A DNA stretch of 64,000 nucleotides from Lama glama (taxonomy: Eukaryota): assembly GCA_028534125.1 (NCBI GenBank), contig CM052816.1, forward strand, positions 92,382,001-92,446,000. Reading direction: 5' to 3'. The stretch's first letter is position 1; every line of letters begins with the position of its first letter. The notes beneath the pieces were generated by a model that worked only from the letters and a program-made list of their open reading frames with translations, ran no database searches and was not told the DNA's origin. This document shows, one piece after another, positions 25,601 through 39,409 of the stretch. A program made the translations under genes and the position numbers.

Positions 25601-28600
25601 ATACCACGCGCTCATCAGATGCTGCCATAAAGGGAGGGTTCTGTTGGACTCCAAGATAGTTACTAGATGGCAATTATTAAAATTGTGATAACATTCCATT
25701 TAAAACATTGGAGTCCCTTGTTTTAACCGTGTTCAAGATATAGGCATACATAGATTGTTTCTCCCCTCCCAATTTTTTTTTGATGGGATGTGTAGAGTTT
25801 TGTTGGTTTTTTTTTAGGGGGAGGAGGGCAGGTAGTAAGCAGAGAGAGGTGCTACGGGGGGGAGGGGGCAATTCTCTTTCACTGATTAATGATTTTATTT
25901 TATTCAACAACTATTGAATTAGGCAACTTGTACCTAGTGGTTTTGACACAAATGTACTGAAATGGCAGAATTGAAAATTATGGTTACAAAATTGCCCCCA
26001 AGCCGCATACAACTATGTCTACTTGTATAAGTTTTATAAATGTACCTTATCTCCCCACCTAGATTGAGAACAAAGCAGAAACTACCTAATAACTTTATGT
26101 ATGTATACATACCTTCTCAAAACGTCTAGCTCAGGTACTAATCAAAATGCCTAGACACACAGGCTGTTGGAGTGAGATTGTCAAAACCACCTGCTGACTG
26201 ACGTCTGGTTAGGCAGAGAGCCCGGTGTACCTGGGTAAACAGCCAGCAGCATGTGTTATCCAGTGACAGTGTGCTCTTAACTTTCTGTGTGGGAAGGTAA
26301 GGTGAATATTTTTGCACTGGGATAGAACCATCTACGAAGTTGCTATACGTGCAGCTTTGATAACATATGTCAGTGAGTCAGTGTGAGTTACTATCTAATA
26401 CAGCAATGAAGTCTATAGATTTGGTCTGCAGATACCAACAAGATAATTAAGAAAAGAAACTGAGAAATTCTATGCAAACTAGAGACCTCAGAATTAATAC
26501 CTAAAGCAAGAAAGGCTAAATTAACTTTCAGAAGAGTCCTGGAGAATCTCCAGCTGCCTCAGGCTATCACACACAGATACTGAGAATCACACAGTTAGAG
26601 AAACTCCACGGCCATCTGAATCATGCAAGGTGACCGGTGACTTCTCCAGTATCCCAAAGCCAGCTATGCCGGGGCAGTTACTAGATCCCAGTGAGCCTGC
26701 GGCTCCTAACAGTGTCACCCTGTGAGAACTATCTGTGAGCACTGCTAATGGGTCTTTATTCTCCTGTGCCCAGTGCTCATTGCCTCAGCTCTGTGTGCCC
26801 ACCTCCCAAGAGTGTATCTTCTTTAGGAAAGTCAGCAGTGTGACATGTGCCCCCAAAGCAGGATTTAGTGGGCAAACATTTGGGAAACCCTAAATACCAT
26901 TGTCCCCTTGGAGATTTAAAACACACATTGGCATATAAAGGCTTTGAGAAGTTCTCAAAAAAGAAAGAGAGAGATGTTTAACTTTGAATCCTAAAGTTGT
27001 TCGCCTGCCTCTCGCTTTATTTTTATATATCGCACTTATTAACATCCAGGAAACAGTGTTCCTGGAACACACTTTCAGAAACACTGTACACACTTGTCAG
27101 TTTCCAAACCAAGGCTATTTCAGAGGAATGCTAGGCATTAAGAACAGAGCAGAAGCAATGGAATTTGTTTTCAGGAGGGACCTAGAGAATTTAAAGACTC
27201 CAGAGCTAAAGAAGGCATCTAATGTGTCCTGTGTAAAGACAGGAGGTAAATGAACCACCTGGTAAAAAAAAAGAAACCTTTTAGTCCAGTGATTCTGTTA
27301 AAGCTAAGATACATGCATCAAATGATACTCAAAAGGCACAGATATAAATTTCTTGGTAAAAATATCACATGAAAAATTTTTTTTCAGCTGTAATCTGACA
27401 ATCTGAAAAGAAAATGTGTCCAATATAATTTTAACTATACCAAGGAACAGAACACTTAATAAGGTTTTGCATTGCAAAAGGACTAATTAACCAGCCTTTC
27501 AGTCTCTGAGCTCATCTCAAGATATTTGCTTTTATGTATTCTGTGCTACAATCTGCCTTTGCAATATGTCCTGTACAGTTCTCATTTGAAAAGGGCGAGG
27601 GTTTGCTTAAGGAATCCAGAATTTTCCTTCTTCATTTTTCCATATCTCGTTAGTCAGTTTCACATGATTTTGGACTTATTTTCACTCACAGTGAGTTTCA
27701 GAAGCACATGTTGTTCAGAGGATTCTCTAATTTAGAAGAAAAGCTGCATCCTTTTCCCCGCCAAATGCAGAACATGCTGCCTGTTCAAATGGCAAACAAG
27801 GGTGCTTAGTAGGTCCTGATCGGACTTTTCTGTCATTGGAAGTCGGGTTTTTCCACCCTCTTCTTGCAGACTGCATTTTGTTGTTTGGCGGTAGGGGCTC
27901 CAGAGCAGCAACCAAATTTTGTGTTGCCATTGGTACGCCGCAGAGAAAATGGTAAATGTTTCTGTGCGTGAACGTAAAAAACCCAGCTTCCAGAAAGAGC
28001 CGCTGCTTGCAGCAGCGTGTGATGAGTGACCAGCTGTGGACCACACCTGGGTCCAGGCATTTGAGGTCCCTCCGCCAAGCAGCAGAGAGTAGCGCAGCGT
28101 TTCTGTGCACCGCTTTCTAGTTCCATTACCTCTGAAAACGTACAGCACAGCAAAGGAAAACACAAGGGCAGACCTCCCAAAGCACAGGAAGAATTGTCTA
28201 TGTCCACTGCCTCATGTTACGCTGAAGCAAGCACCATACCTATTTCTTCAAAGTTTTAGGACAAGATAGTGCTAAATGCAACCTCAACCCTGCTCCAAGA
28301 TAAGAAGATCGGTCCATCCCAAACCTCAGTGTACCGATCTTAAGGCCATGTCCGTTAAGAAGGAAGCTTACTGTATGATTTGTAGCAAGCTCTGCTATTT
28401 GCATATTATGTCTATCGCCTCCATGGGAAAAAAAATCCAACTGCGCCTTAAGAAGTGATCTGTCTGTGGGGGTCAGCTTTTAACCACAGCTTATTTGCAA
28501 ATTACAGCAGTTAGTCAACCGGGGAAGATTTCTCTTTAAACCAGTCTAACAGCAAGAGAAAGGATTTTCTGTGGAAGAACTATTAAGTAATTGGGGTGAC

Positions 28601-30506
28601 AATGAAGAAAGGAGAGAGAGAGAAAAGCATTTAATTGGAGCATCCCCAAAGCTCCGGTGCTGCGCCAGCTGCCTTCAGGTCACGCCCAGGGCTTCTCTCT
28701 GCAGCCCCCCTCCCTCCTCTCTTGTCTTCCCATAGCTGCAGAGTCAGGGCTGGGTGCACAGGAAACTGCCCGATACACTTTCAGCTGGAGTCATTCAGCT
28801 TTTCCCAGGCCTCCACTGTGGCGAAAATCCATGTCCTTTGAAATGAGTTCTGTTGCCTTGGAACAGCTGGTGTTCACAGCAGGCTTCCCGACCGTGCCTT
28901 CGTGCCCAAAACAGAGTGCACACACCGTGTTCTCCTTTGCTTGAGAGAATAGATAAAGCTCGACTCCGTCTACAGCCGGTGGGATTTGGTTCTCGCCCGT
29001 GTAAACAGATCCCAGCGATATTTCCGTTTATCCCAACAGAAGTTTGCCATCAGCTACGTGTTAGCTTAGCAAACACATTTGCTTTGCAGACACATTTGGT
29101 TAGCATGACTTCTTCCACTTAGAGAAACACGTTTTTCCCCCAGTGGGTGGTCACCCCATTCATCGCTCAACAGTCAGCAACAAAGAAAAGCAATGATGGC
29201 AAATGAAGAGGCAGAGAACTTGCTGTCCCACACCCCCCACCCCAAACGCCAGAGAGCAAATGGGGCAGGAAACTGCTCCAGCTGGGGCCTTGTTTGCTGC
29301 TCTCCTGAGGTCACCTGGCTAGCTGGGCCACTGGGCATCACCTGCAAACGTCCAGGGCAAACTCCCTTGGGATCAGATTGGCCCGTTTGTTCTGTCCCTT
29401 CATGCCCTGAGCATCTCAGACCACTTAGACTGTGTCCCTTCAGCGAACAGTGCTGCTGGATGTCGGGTGCTCTCACCAGCCCTGATCCCTGCAGTCCTCA
29501 CCACGCTGCCAGCTCTGTGCATACACCACCCCTTGGGGGTTGGGGGAAATGCCCGTGAACTGTTGAGCAAAGCCACTGAGGTGAGGGGCGCTCAGAGGTG
29601 AGATCTGTGGCCAGGCCGGGTCCAGAGATAAATGGGGTCCCGTGGGCAGTCACTGCACACAGAGTGGGATCTGTGTGTGGCTGCAGCAACTCACAGCATC
29701 TTGTAGGCATTTTTCCAAGTTCAGGGTCCTTAGATGTCAGGGTCAAGGCTGCCTGGCTCTGCTGGCTCTGGTCAAACATCCTTCTCTAAAGATTATACCC
29801 TCTTTAAACTTGGTTAGAACATCCACTTTTTATTTAGGCTTTGTTGTAACTAAGTACTGTACTTCTCTTTTTATCTTGGAGAATGATAGTCCCAGGTGGA
29901 GTTTTCAGCTTGTGTTCTCGGACACCCGGTTCCGGGCAGTGACACCCCTGCTGCAACTCACCTAGAAACCCTGGCATAGTCCTTTCCTTTCACCAGTGTT
30001 GATTGACAACCTGGCCCTGCCCTCAGGGAGACTGACTTAGGATGGGGATGCTCAAGGAAGATGAGAAGCAGATATCACTTCTTGCATCAAAATAAATGTT
30101 GGCCCCCATCTTTTCCCAGCACCAGTGCCCTGGATCCTGGACTGAATACCTGGTCCTTGGAGAGGTGGTTTTTTTGGCTCATTCCTTCCCATTTCTCGTC
30201 TATTGTGCCCCTTCCTACCAGATCAGGCTTCATAAACTCTACACTCACAAGCTCTCAGTTTTTCCTATTGCCAGTTCTAATCTTTAGCATTTTAATCACT
30301 CTTTGCTGGTTGCACATTCTCAGTGTAGCCTCCTTGAAGGCATGGGCCTCATATTCAATCTCTTTTGTACATATGCTCTTGGCACTGGGCACGTAAGAGC
30401 TACTGACCCAGCCTTCCTCATCAAAGGATTATCAGCCAGCCCTGGTCCACGTGGTAGCTGCATGGCAGAGATTTACAGGAGTGGCAGTCAAGTGTTGGGA
30501 GGGTCC

Positions 30507-31293
30507 TCTCCTACACTGCTGGTGGGAATGCAGTTTGGTGTAGCCACTGTGGAAAACAGTATGGAGATTCTTCAAAAGACTAGGAATAGACTTACCATAT
30601 GACCCAAGAATCCCACTCCTGGGCATATATCCAGAAGGAACCCTACTTCAAAATGACACCTGCACCCCAATGTTCATAGCAGCACTGTTTACAATAACCT
30701 AGACATGGAAACAGCCTAAATGTCCATCAACAGATGACTGGATAAAGAAGAGGTGGTATATCTATACAATGGAATACTATTCAGCCACAAAAATGACAAC
30801 ATAACACCATTTGCAGCAACATGGATGTCCCTGGAGAATGTCATTCTAAGTGAAGTAAGCCAGAAAGAGAAAGAAAAATACCNNNNNNNNNNNNNNNNNN
30901 NNNNNNNNNNNNNNNNNNNNNNNNNNNNNNNNNNNNNNNNNNNNNNNNNNNNNNNNNNNNNNNNNNNNNNNNNNNNNNNNNNATAATAATAATAATAAAC
31001 ATAAATACAAAATAGAAACAGACTCACAGACATAGAATACAAACATGTGGTTGCCAAGGGGGCAGAGGGTGGGAAGGGACAGACTGGGATTTCAAAATGC
31101 AGAATAGATAAGCAAGATTAAACTGTATAGCACAGGGAAATATATACAAGATCTTGTGGTAGCTCACAGTGAAAAAAATTGTGACAATGAATATATGTAT
31201 GTTCATGTATAACTGAAAAATTGTGCTCTACACTGGAATTTGACACAACATTGTAAAATGACTATAATTCAATAAAAAAATGTTTAAAAAAAA
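30507..31293 (+). mobile_element. Young L1 3' end (ORF2 C-terminus, 3'UTR, polyA), 5'-truncated
   Basis: ORF2-like ...TPFAATWMSLENVILSEVSQKEKEKY; polyA tail; TSD aagtgttgggagggtcc (30490-30506) / aagagttgggagggtcc (31294-31310). Confidence 0.95.
30883..30982. other. Assembly gap (100 N) inside the L1
   Basis: Run of N. Confidence 1.
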
Positions 31294-32139
31294 AAGAGTT
31301 GGGAGGGTCCCGAGATAGACGCTTGGGTAGATGTTTGACTTAATGATCGCTCACTGAAAGCTGCTTTTGAACATGTAAAACCGGTGCTGCATTACACACT
31401 GTGCACATTTCCTTCTAATGCTGTCAGATTAATGATACGTATTGAATAGTGAGAAGGCAGCTTGATTCTGCTTAGCTACTGCTTTTGACTGCATGCTGAA
31501 TTTCTTCCAAACCAATTCCGATTCATTTTTTAAGCAAGGGAACCATGTTTATTTAAAAAAAAAAAGTGAGCAGCAGGAAGAGGTTATTAAAGCTGGAAGA
31601 GCCGGCTAGTAGCTCAGACGTGATACAGAAGGCGCTTTGGGAACTTCATTGAATCTATATCTTGGCATTTTTAAAAACAACTAGCACGGTTACCTTCTCG
31701 CTGCCCGGTACCTCCCTGCTGACAGGAGAGCCTTAAATTTCAGGCAGGTTGAGTCAACAGTCACTTCTGGAGGACAGAGATCATCCATTCCTCCAGAAAT
31801 AGGGTCCCTTCTCCAACCCCACGAGACCACACTTAGGGCCACGCGGATGTGACCCAGGGCGTCAGGATATAATTTTGGGCCTAACTCTCTCCACAGGCTG
31901 CAGCTATTCTAAAAAGCATGTAAATTACAGAAGATTTTAGACCTGTCACAGGTCTTCAAGACTAATTTTTAATCTGCCCTGAACCAGAATTGCATCCTGA
32001 GGTCCTGAGGGGGCTTGGAGGTCCCTGATGTTCTGGGGCTTCTGCTTTAGGTCAGGGCAGGTGTCCACATCGTCATACCTCCAGGGTTCTTATTTGGGGG
32101 AGGAAGAAAGGATTGGTGATTTGCCTCCTTTGATGCTAA

Positions 32140-32480
32140 GCACTTTCATAATTGTCAGCTCAGCTAATCCTAAAGTCTGTCCTCTAGGAGACCAAACTGG
32201 GTGAGCATTCCTATTTCACTAAGCATACTGAGTCTCGGGGAGGTGAAGTCATGCGCCCAAGAGAACACAGCAGTACCTGGGGAATCTCAGATCTAAACTG
32301 ATGGTCCTCATGCTTCTCAGCTTACTCTGCTGGATTTAGAGGCCAAAGTCCCACTTCTGCCACTAATCGCTTTATGACTTTAGGTAAATTATTTTCCCCT
32401 ATGACTCTCAGTCTCTCTACCCTTCACGAGAGCCAAGACTCCCTACCTTGCTGGGTTTTCAGAAGGAGTGAGTGAAGTGT
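32140..32480. mobile_element. Two degraded MIR fragments in opposite orientation
   Basis: actgagtctcggggaggtgaagtcatgcgcccaaga (-) and cccacttctgccactaatcgctttatgactttaggtaaattattt (+). Confidence 0.55.
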
Positions 32481-35366
32481 GAGGACTCATGAGAAGATGG
32501 CCAACACGGACGGCTGAACACACTTACGAAAGTTCTTGAAAACAGTCAGCACTTCACACAATGCTGCTAATCTATGCAGGGATGAATATGAACGTAATTT
32601 TAGATTTCTACTTTAAAATGTATTTTCCAAAAAGAAAGAAAAGGAAAAGAACCAGCAAAAAGGAAATCTGAGTGTTATTTCGGTTGTATTTTAAGGTTCT
32701 ATCCCCTTTCAAGAGCTACAGCCAATGTCAACACATCTTTAGTTTGTCTGATCTTTTTGTGGTTTGCAAAGAAGGTGGATTGAGTGTTTTTCAAAGTTGG
32801 GACTTCCTGTTTTCCCCTGATCAGTGTTTTTCTCTTTGAATTCTTCAGTTTTTGTATCAGCCAGGAAAACATTTGGTGCAGTTGTATCGGACTAGTCTTG
32901 GGTTCATACGTGTTTGAGAGGGTTAGAAATTAGCTGATGTAATAGTTTATGTCATAGTTTATCGTTTAGTATACTTTCATCTTCACATAGCAGTAAGTAA
33001 TTATAGAGAAGGATCTTTCGTTCTGTAGAAATGGTCTTTTAGGAAGACCAAGGGGAAAATTCTTCATGCATTTTAACTTGCGGAGAAACAGCACATTCTA
33101 TATTCAGCAACTGAAAGGCATCGTAAAGCCTTCTTTAAAACAGATTTAAATATACTGTCAGAGTTATTTTAGGCAATGAGGAAATCTATTTGCTACTCAA
33201 AGTTAAGAAACATCCTTGGTTTTATCCTTAAAGTACAATTTTTAAAAATTTGCACTTTGCCATTTAGAAATTTAACAAATAGCCTTGGGAAATAGCCTTT
33301 TACTCTCAGTAAAACAGGAAGAAATGTTTACTTTGGTTTGTTTCTAAGTGTTAAGGAGACGTTATCAAGCCAAAATCCTGAACATTTCAAAAAAATTTCT
33401 AGCAAAGAAACAGGGTTTTTGTCACCACAACTCCAGAAGCACAATATGAGTTTAGAGTAATTGAAGTGGACCTAAATGGATAGTGAGGACATCAAATTTG
33501 GTTTCAAAAACATGCATTTAAGCCATCAGGAAGCTCAAGAGTGAGACTTGGTAGAACAATTCTAAGACTGAGGATGGAATGATTCTTAAATTCTTATATA
33601 AATGCTGTTGTTGGTAATGCCAAATGAGTTTAGATGTAGTTATACCCAAAGAGTATACCTTTTTCTTATACGTTTCTTTTCTTTTTGCACAGCTGCTTAG
33701 GGCTCATGCACTTTTGTTCTAAAATTCCCTTTCCTTTCATTTTGATTGGTTAGAATTATCCTCCTGTGAACGACTTGGCTTGTAGGGCTGTGCTGCTGTG
33801 TTCACATCTCAGCGCTGATTACAGCCCTGTGTGGGCTGCACCCCACGGGCCTACAAGGCCTGGACTCACCCAGCTTCAGGATCAAAGGAAGAGCTCGGAG
33901 TCAGTGACAGAGACATCAGTGGCTTCATGGATGGGGGAGCTTCCATGTCTGAAGCAAGGTCCTGGAGCCACACCCCACCACGTGCAGTGGACAGTGGGCA
34001 GGACACAGTGGGCATCTTCACTCCCGTGGGCAGAGGGTGGTTAGCAGTTATAGGGGGCATTGAGGTCAGGTTGGCTCATTGGTTACCAGGGAAACCAGCA
34101 GAGGGGCCCACCCATCGCCACCCCTTTGATAAGAACAGTCACTAGCTGGGGCCTGGGGCAGGCAGGTAGGAAGGTCAGTCAGGAGAGTAGGGTGTAGGTG
34201 AGGCAGGGACTGGTCCTGCAGGGGATGCGCAGGGAGCAAGAGAACAGCCGTAGGCACTGGCTGACCATGCACAGCGACAATCCTCCTTCCCCACGTTGTC
34301 TCCCCACCCCCACTGCTTTCTCCATCTTCAGCAACTTGAGTCTGTCCTCTTCCCTGTCATACAAAACTGCCCTAATCCTCAGGACAGTCTGTCAGATGCG
34401 CCCCTGATTCTCAGGTTTGTGGGGGATGTAAAGAAATATTCAGAGACACTTCGTGAGCGCGCAGCGTCTTTGCCTGGCCCTGGGATTTTATTGACCGCTG
34501 TGCATGACATGGTGGTCAAAGAAGCTTGACACTCTGTTTGATCATCATATCGTGTTTAGTGATCAGAAAAGAGCACAGTGCCAGGCTGATATTCCGTACT
34601 CACTGAGTACATGTGAATGAATGAACCCGTTTCATGAATAAATAAATAACAGCAGTAATACCCATGACAGGAGCCGTCACGTGGCTGAGACTGGTCAGTC
34701 AGGGGTTCCTGGGAGAGAAAGACTTGCCCGTGATCTCAGAGGATGGGCAGGCGCTGGCTTTTCAGCTGGAATTCAGAGCTAGCACAGAGAGAAAATTCGG
34801 AGCTTGGAGTCTTACCAAAGGGAGCATGGATGGTCCTGTGAAGTTCACAGGACTCCAAGAAGCCGACTCTGTCCCTGCAGGCTGGGTTAAATACCTTTAT
34901 GCTGTAGTCAGACTGTGTTACAGTTGTTATACCTATTTGTAAATGCATCATGACTGAGGTGCTAAAGACAAAAAAGGTGGAAGTAGGTCTCAAATGGCTT
35001 TAAATAAGCGGCAGCAGGAGGGTGAGTTAAACAAGAGAATATTCCTCTTTTCTTATGCCCAGAGTTCTTGGTTTTGGAGACTCGCAGCTGTCTTTTGGAC
35101 AGCATGCAGCTTCCAGAATTCAGCCTTGTGTTTAAAACTGTCAGAAATCAGGGTGTTTTTCAAGTGCGATGAGCAGAATTCCTTCTAAGAGGTGTCATCT
35201 CAGGTGATCACAAAAAGCACCCCAGCAACCCATCAAACTTCGCTTTGTGGAGTGGTTCTCTGGCTTTGCCCCCTGAGAATTAGACATTTCATTTATTTTG
35301 TGTGCATCGGTGAAGTTGCTTTCCTTTTTCATTTTATTTATTTATATATGTATGTATATATATATA

Positions 35367-35425
35367 TTTTTTTATTGAGTTATAGTCAGTTTACAATGTT
35401 GTGTCCATTTCTGATGTACAGCATA
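35367..35425 (-). mobile_element. Very short L1 3' terminal fragment
   Basis: ttttattgagttatagtcagtttacaatgttgtgtccatttctgatgtacagca, same terminus as the L1 at 36770. Confidence 0.8.
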
Positions 35426-35519
35426 TTTTTTTTTAATTTTTAATGGAGGTACTAGGAATTGAACCCAGGACCTCATGCATGCTAAGCATGTGCTCTACCA
35501 TGGAGCTATACCCACCCCC
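35426..35519 (-). mobile_element. Camelid tRNA-derived SINE body
   Basis: atggaggtactaggaattgaacccaggacctcatgcatgctaagcatgtgctctaccatggagctatacccacccc. Confidence 0.92.
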
Positions 35520-35947
35520 TACTAGATTTCTTTATCACGTTTTCTTGGTTATCCTCCCGTACAAAGCTGAAAATCATTTTACTCAGGTCCAAATGAACAC
35601 CCAGATTGCTGGCCTTTTTACTGAAACCCCATTAAACTTACTGATGAGTTCAGAAAGCTCTCTGCTATGTTCTCAACAATGTCTTGTCCAGAAGGAACAT
35701 AGCTTGCCTTTTTATTTCGGTCTTATTTTATGAACTTCAGGAAAATTCTGTGATTTTCTGCATTTAGGAACTATTTTCCTTGTTGAGTTTATTCCCAAGA
35801 ATTTTATAATTCTCTTTCTTATAGCATGGGAGAGAGGCAGTTTATTAGTCTAACATTTGTCCAATGCGTTTATTAGTCTAATAAGACACAGAAGCCATCA
35901 GAAACAAAGAAAGAAAAGAGGCTTTTCTTTTTTTATTAACACATTAC

Positions 35948-35986
35948 TTTTTTTTTCCTTTTTTTTTGGAGGAGTGGTAATTAGGT

Positions 35987-36030
<44 letters not shown>

Positions 36031-36107
36031 TGGAGGTACTGGGGATTAAACCCAGGACCTTGTGGGTGCTAAGCACACAATCTAACAATCGAGCTATACC
36101 CTCCCCC
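35948..36107 (-). mobile_element. Camelid tRNA-derived SINE with (TTTA)n linker
   Basis: ggtaattaggtt(tatt)n aatggaggtactggggattaaacccaggacc...gagctataccctccccc; approximate TSD ttaacacattac / ttaacaaattat. Confidence 0.92.
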
Positions 36108-36769
36108 TTAACAAATTATTTTTAAATAACAGACGTATGGTAAGTAGTTTTATTAGAGAGTTATTCTTTTAGCAATTTATATTAATATTTTCCTCAAGGA
36201 TGCTTTAAAATAATGAAGTGTCAACGGGTAAGATTCAGTGCTTGTACTGCACATCGGTCCTTTTTCCTTTGGAGTCTCGAGTCTGGGTGGAAATGTCACA
36301 GGACTTACAAAGGCTTAAATAACCCCATGTGGCAGTGGGTATTTTGGGGAGGCTTCACTGTCTGTTCTTAGTTTGTACCAGGAGACATGCGTTCGCCATC
36401 CACTATCCTAGAGGCACTGAAAGAGTACTGAGCACAACCATTAGACCATCTGGAGACCAGGTGGTACCCAAGCTGCTGTCCTGCTGTCAGTGGGGCAACA
36501 TCACCGATCTTCCCGTTTGGAATCATTAGGGTCTTGAATGGGGCTGTAGTACTTTAAGGGATGCCCTTCCTAGATGCTCACGGGGATCCCTGGAAGCTTC
36601 GGTCCAGTGAGCTTTCCCAGCTGCTCATCCTGTAGGACTTCTTTGCCCAAAGTGCAGGATAGAGGCTGACCAGGCTGCACACTGCCACCTATGAAAGCAT
36701 CACTGGGGCCAGGAGCCTGCTTTTGACTTCTTTCAAAGAGAAAAAGCCTCAAGGAAGATTTTTTTAACC

Positions 36770-37400
36770 TTTTTTTATTGAGTTATAGTCATTTTACAAT
36801 GTTGTGGCAAATTCCAGTATACAGCACAATTTTTCAGCCATACATGAACATACATATATTTATTGTCACTTTTTTTTTTGCCGTGAGCAAAAAAAAAAAA
36901 AATATGTATATATACAAGATCTTGTATATATTTCCCTGTGGTATACAGTATAATCTTGTTTATCTATTCTGCATATGCCTGTCAGTATCTACAAATTTTG
37001 AACTCCCAGTCTATCCCTTCCCACCCCCCCAGCCCCTTGGCAACCACAAGTTTGTATTCTATGTCTATGAGACTGTTTCTGTTTTGTATTTATGTTCTTG
37101 GTTTTTTTTTAGATTCCACATATGAGCGATCTCATATGGTATTTTTCTTTCTCTTTCTGACTTACTTCACTTAGAATGATGGTCTCCAGGAACATCCATG
37201 TTGCTGCAAATGGCGTTATGTTGTCATTTTTATGGCTGAGTAGTATTCCATTGTATAGATATACCACATCTTCTTTATCTAGTCATCTGTTGACGAACAT
37301 TTAGGCTGTTTCCATGTCTAGGCTATTGTAAATAGTGCTGCTATGAACATTGGGGTGAAGGTGTCTTTCTGAAGTAGGATTCCTTCTGGATATAAGCCCA
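36770..37400 (-). mobile_element. Young L1 3' end, same family as 30507-31293
   Basis: Reverse-complement similarity with the 30.5-kb copy, e.g. ttattgagttatagtcattttacaatgttgtg and catccatgttgctgcaaatgg. Confidence 0.95.
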
Positions 37401-37689
37401 GGAAGTTTTAACTTAACCTAATACATCTTCTTAGAGATGCTCATCAACTCCTCAAACTAAATTGCCATTAGATAAAGGTAATAATTTTCTTTAGTAATAA
37501 TTATTTCTAATACTTAACCATCTGGATGAGTAAAGACGTTTCTGTGTGATGACACACCCCCCTTCCCCTCTCTATTAATAGTGGGGAACTGTTTATCCTG
37601 CCTACCCTCCAACATCCACCCACCATCCTCAGTCTAGTGTTGAAGGACGAAAGAGCCCCAGGCTAATGGCCTCCCTGGCTTCTGGTTTG

Positions 37690-37835
37690 GGCCACACCAT
37701 ATATTAACCAATATTAGGCAAGTCACAGAGTCTCTTTGAGCCTTGGTTCCTTTTCTACAAAATGGGAGTTTTCCATACTTTCCCTGTTGCTATAGCATTG
37801 CTAGGTAAAACCAATGAGATAATGAAGCATTGCTA
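37690..37835 (+). mobile_element. MIR fragment
   Basis: ttaggcaagtcacagagtctctttgagccttggttcctttttctacaaaatggga. Confidence 0.6.
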
Positions 37836-39409
37836 GATAAGGCACATCCAGGACTCCCCTATACTGCATATGCAAGAGGTTGGTATTCTTCATGTGATCC
37901 ATAAATGTTCCTTGAATTAATTATTACACATCAGCAACAAATATGCTTCTGTGGCTGCAGCATCCTTCAGGTTCAAGGGCCAGGTGGAGAAGGGTGCAGA
38001 TGTCACCTTTCACTGGGTCCCCTTCATCCCCTTGCTCATATGGGTGAGAGGGCTGGAGCAGGACAGCTCTTCAGGCATCTCTGATTTTCAGAGATCCAAA
38101 ACCAGAATTAGAGTCAATCTAGATTTACAGACTGAAGCTCAGCATTGCATTAACTAACTCATTATTATATATATGAAATAGTGACAAAAATGTATTCATT
38201 CTCTTCCGTCTAGAAATTTTCAAAATACTTTAATTTGATCTGCATTATTCTATAGCTTATTAATTTATCCTGTCACTTGAAAAATGTTCAGCATAATGCA
38301 TGGTTATAGTTGTGCAGACAAAATAAATTCAGAATATATAATTCTTAAATCCCTGCAACAGCTGTTGACACCATTTGACTCTTTCCTGATTCATTGGTGC
38401 TACCATGACACTCTCTGCCCTTTCTTGAATTGTGTTCTAAACAGTTTGTTCAGTGAGATGATTTGACTTTATCTAGAATCTCATGAATCAGGTAAAATAA
38501 TATAAACCAATAATAGCAGTGGGGGTCTGGGGAGGTCATGACAAAGCTGCTTGCACACAGCAGAGCAAACACTGAAGCTTTATCACATTAAATATTGTCT
38601 ATCTGAATTTGGGAGTTCCATTCTCAGCGTGTGTACGTGTCTGTGCGTGTGTGCACGTGTGTGTAGGACTCGGGTATAGAACATGCATGGGCTGGGTGGA
38701 CTAACCTGTTTAATGACTAATTTTGACTCTCTCTCCCTCGCCTCCTAAAAGCAATCAGATCAAAAGCCCCAAACCCTTAGAAATCTTTCACAATACTTGG
38801 CATGTGCTGGTCATATAAATACCAGCAGTGAGTCATAGCTGAGCCCCATGATGCAGAAATAAATGAATCCTGCAGCTGAGAAGCGAGTAAAAATTTTGGA
38901 TGAGTTAAAGATTCTGGGATGATATTTTATCCCACGTGTTAGAGAAGCTCATAAGCATTCTTGTCCATGTCTTTAGAAGGCCACCATAGAGAACCCTTAG
39001 CCTCTCTCCCACCCCAGGCATGGTGAGGCTGGCGCCTAAGCTTATGGACGGCCCACGTGGTGCTGCGTTCCCAGGTTTCATTTGTACCCTTCACCGTGCT
39101 GTGTGGTGCTGATGACAGAGCATTAGTGACCTGATGTCTTTCATCCTCCTTTTCTTGGCACGGCTCAGATGCATGATGACTTCAGTCTCCCTCTGTTCAT
39201 CCTCCACATTTACACTTGTAGGGCTTGCTACCCGTGACTGTTTAAAAAATAATCTTTGCTTCAGGGTCTTTGGAATTTTCCATAAGAAATAGACTTTATC
39301 CAAAAGTTCTCTTTGTTCTGATCAGCTAATCCTCTCTGTCTAAAGTAAGCATTTGGCACCAGCTGCGATATCAAATTCAAAGTGGAAGGAGGGCTTGGTT
39401 CAGGATAAT

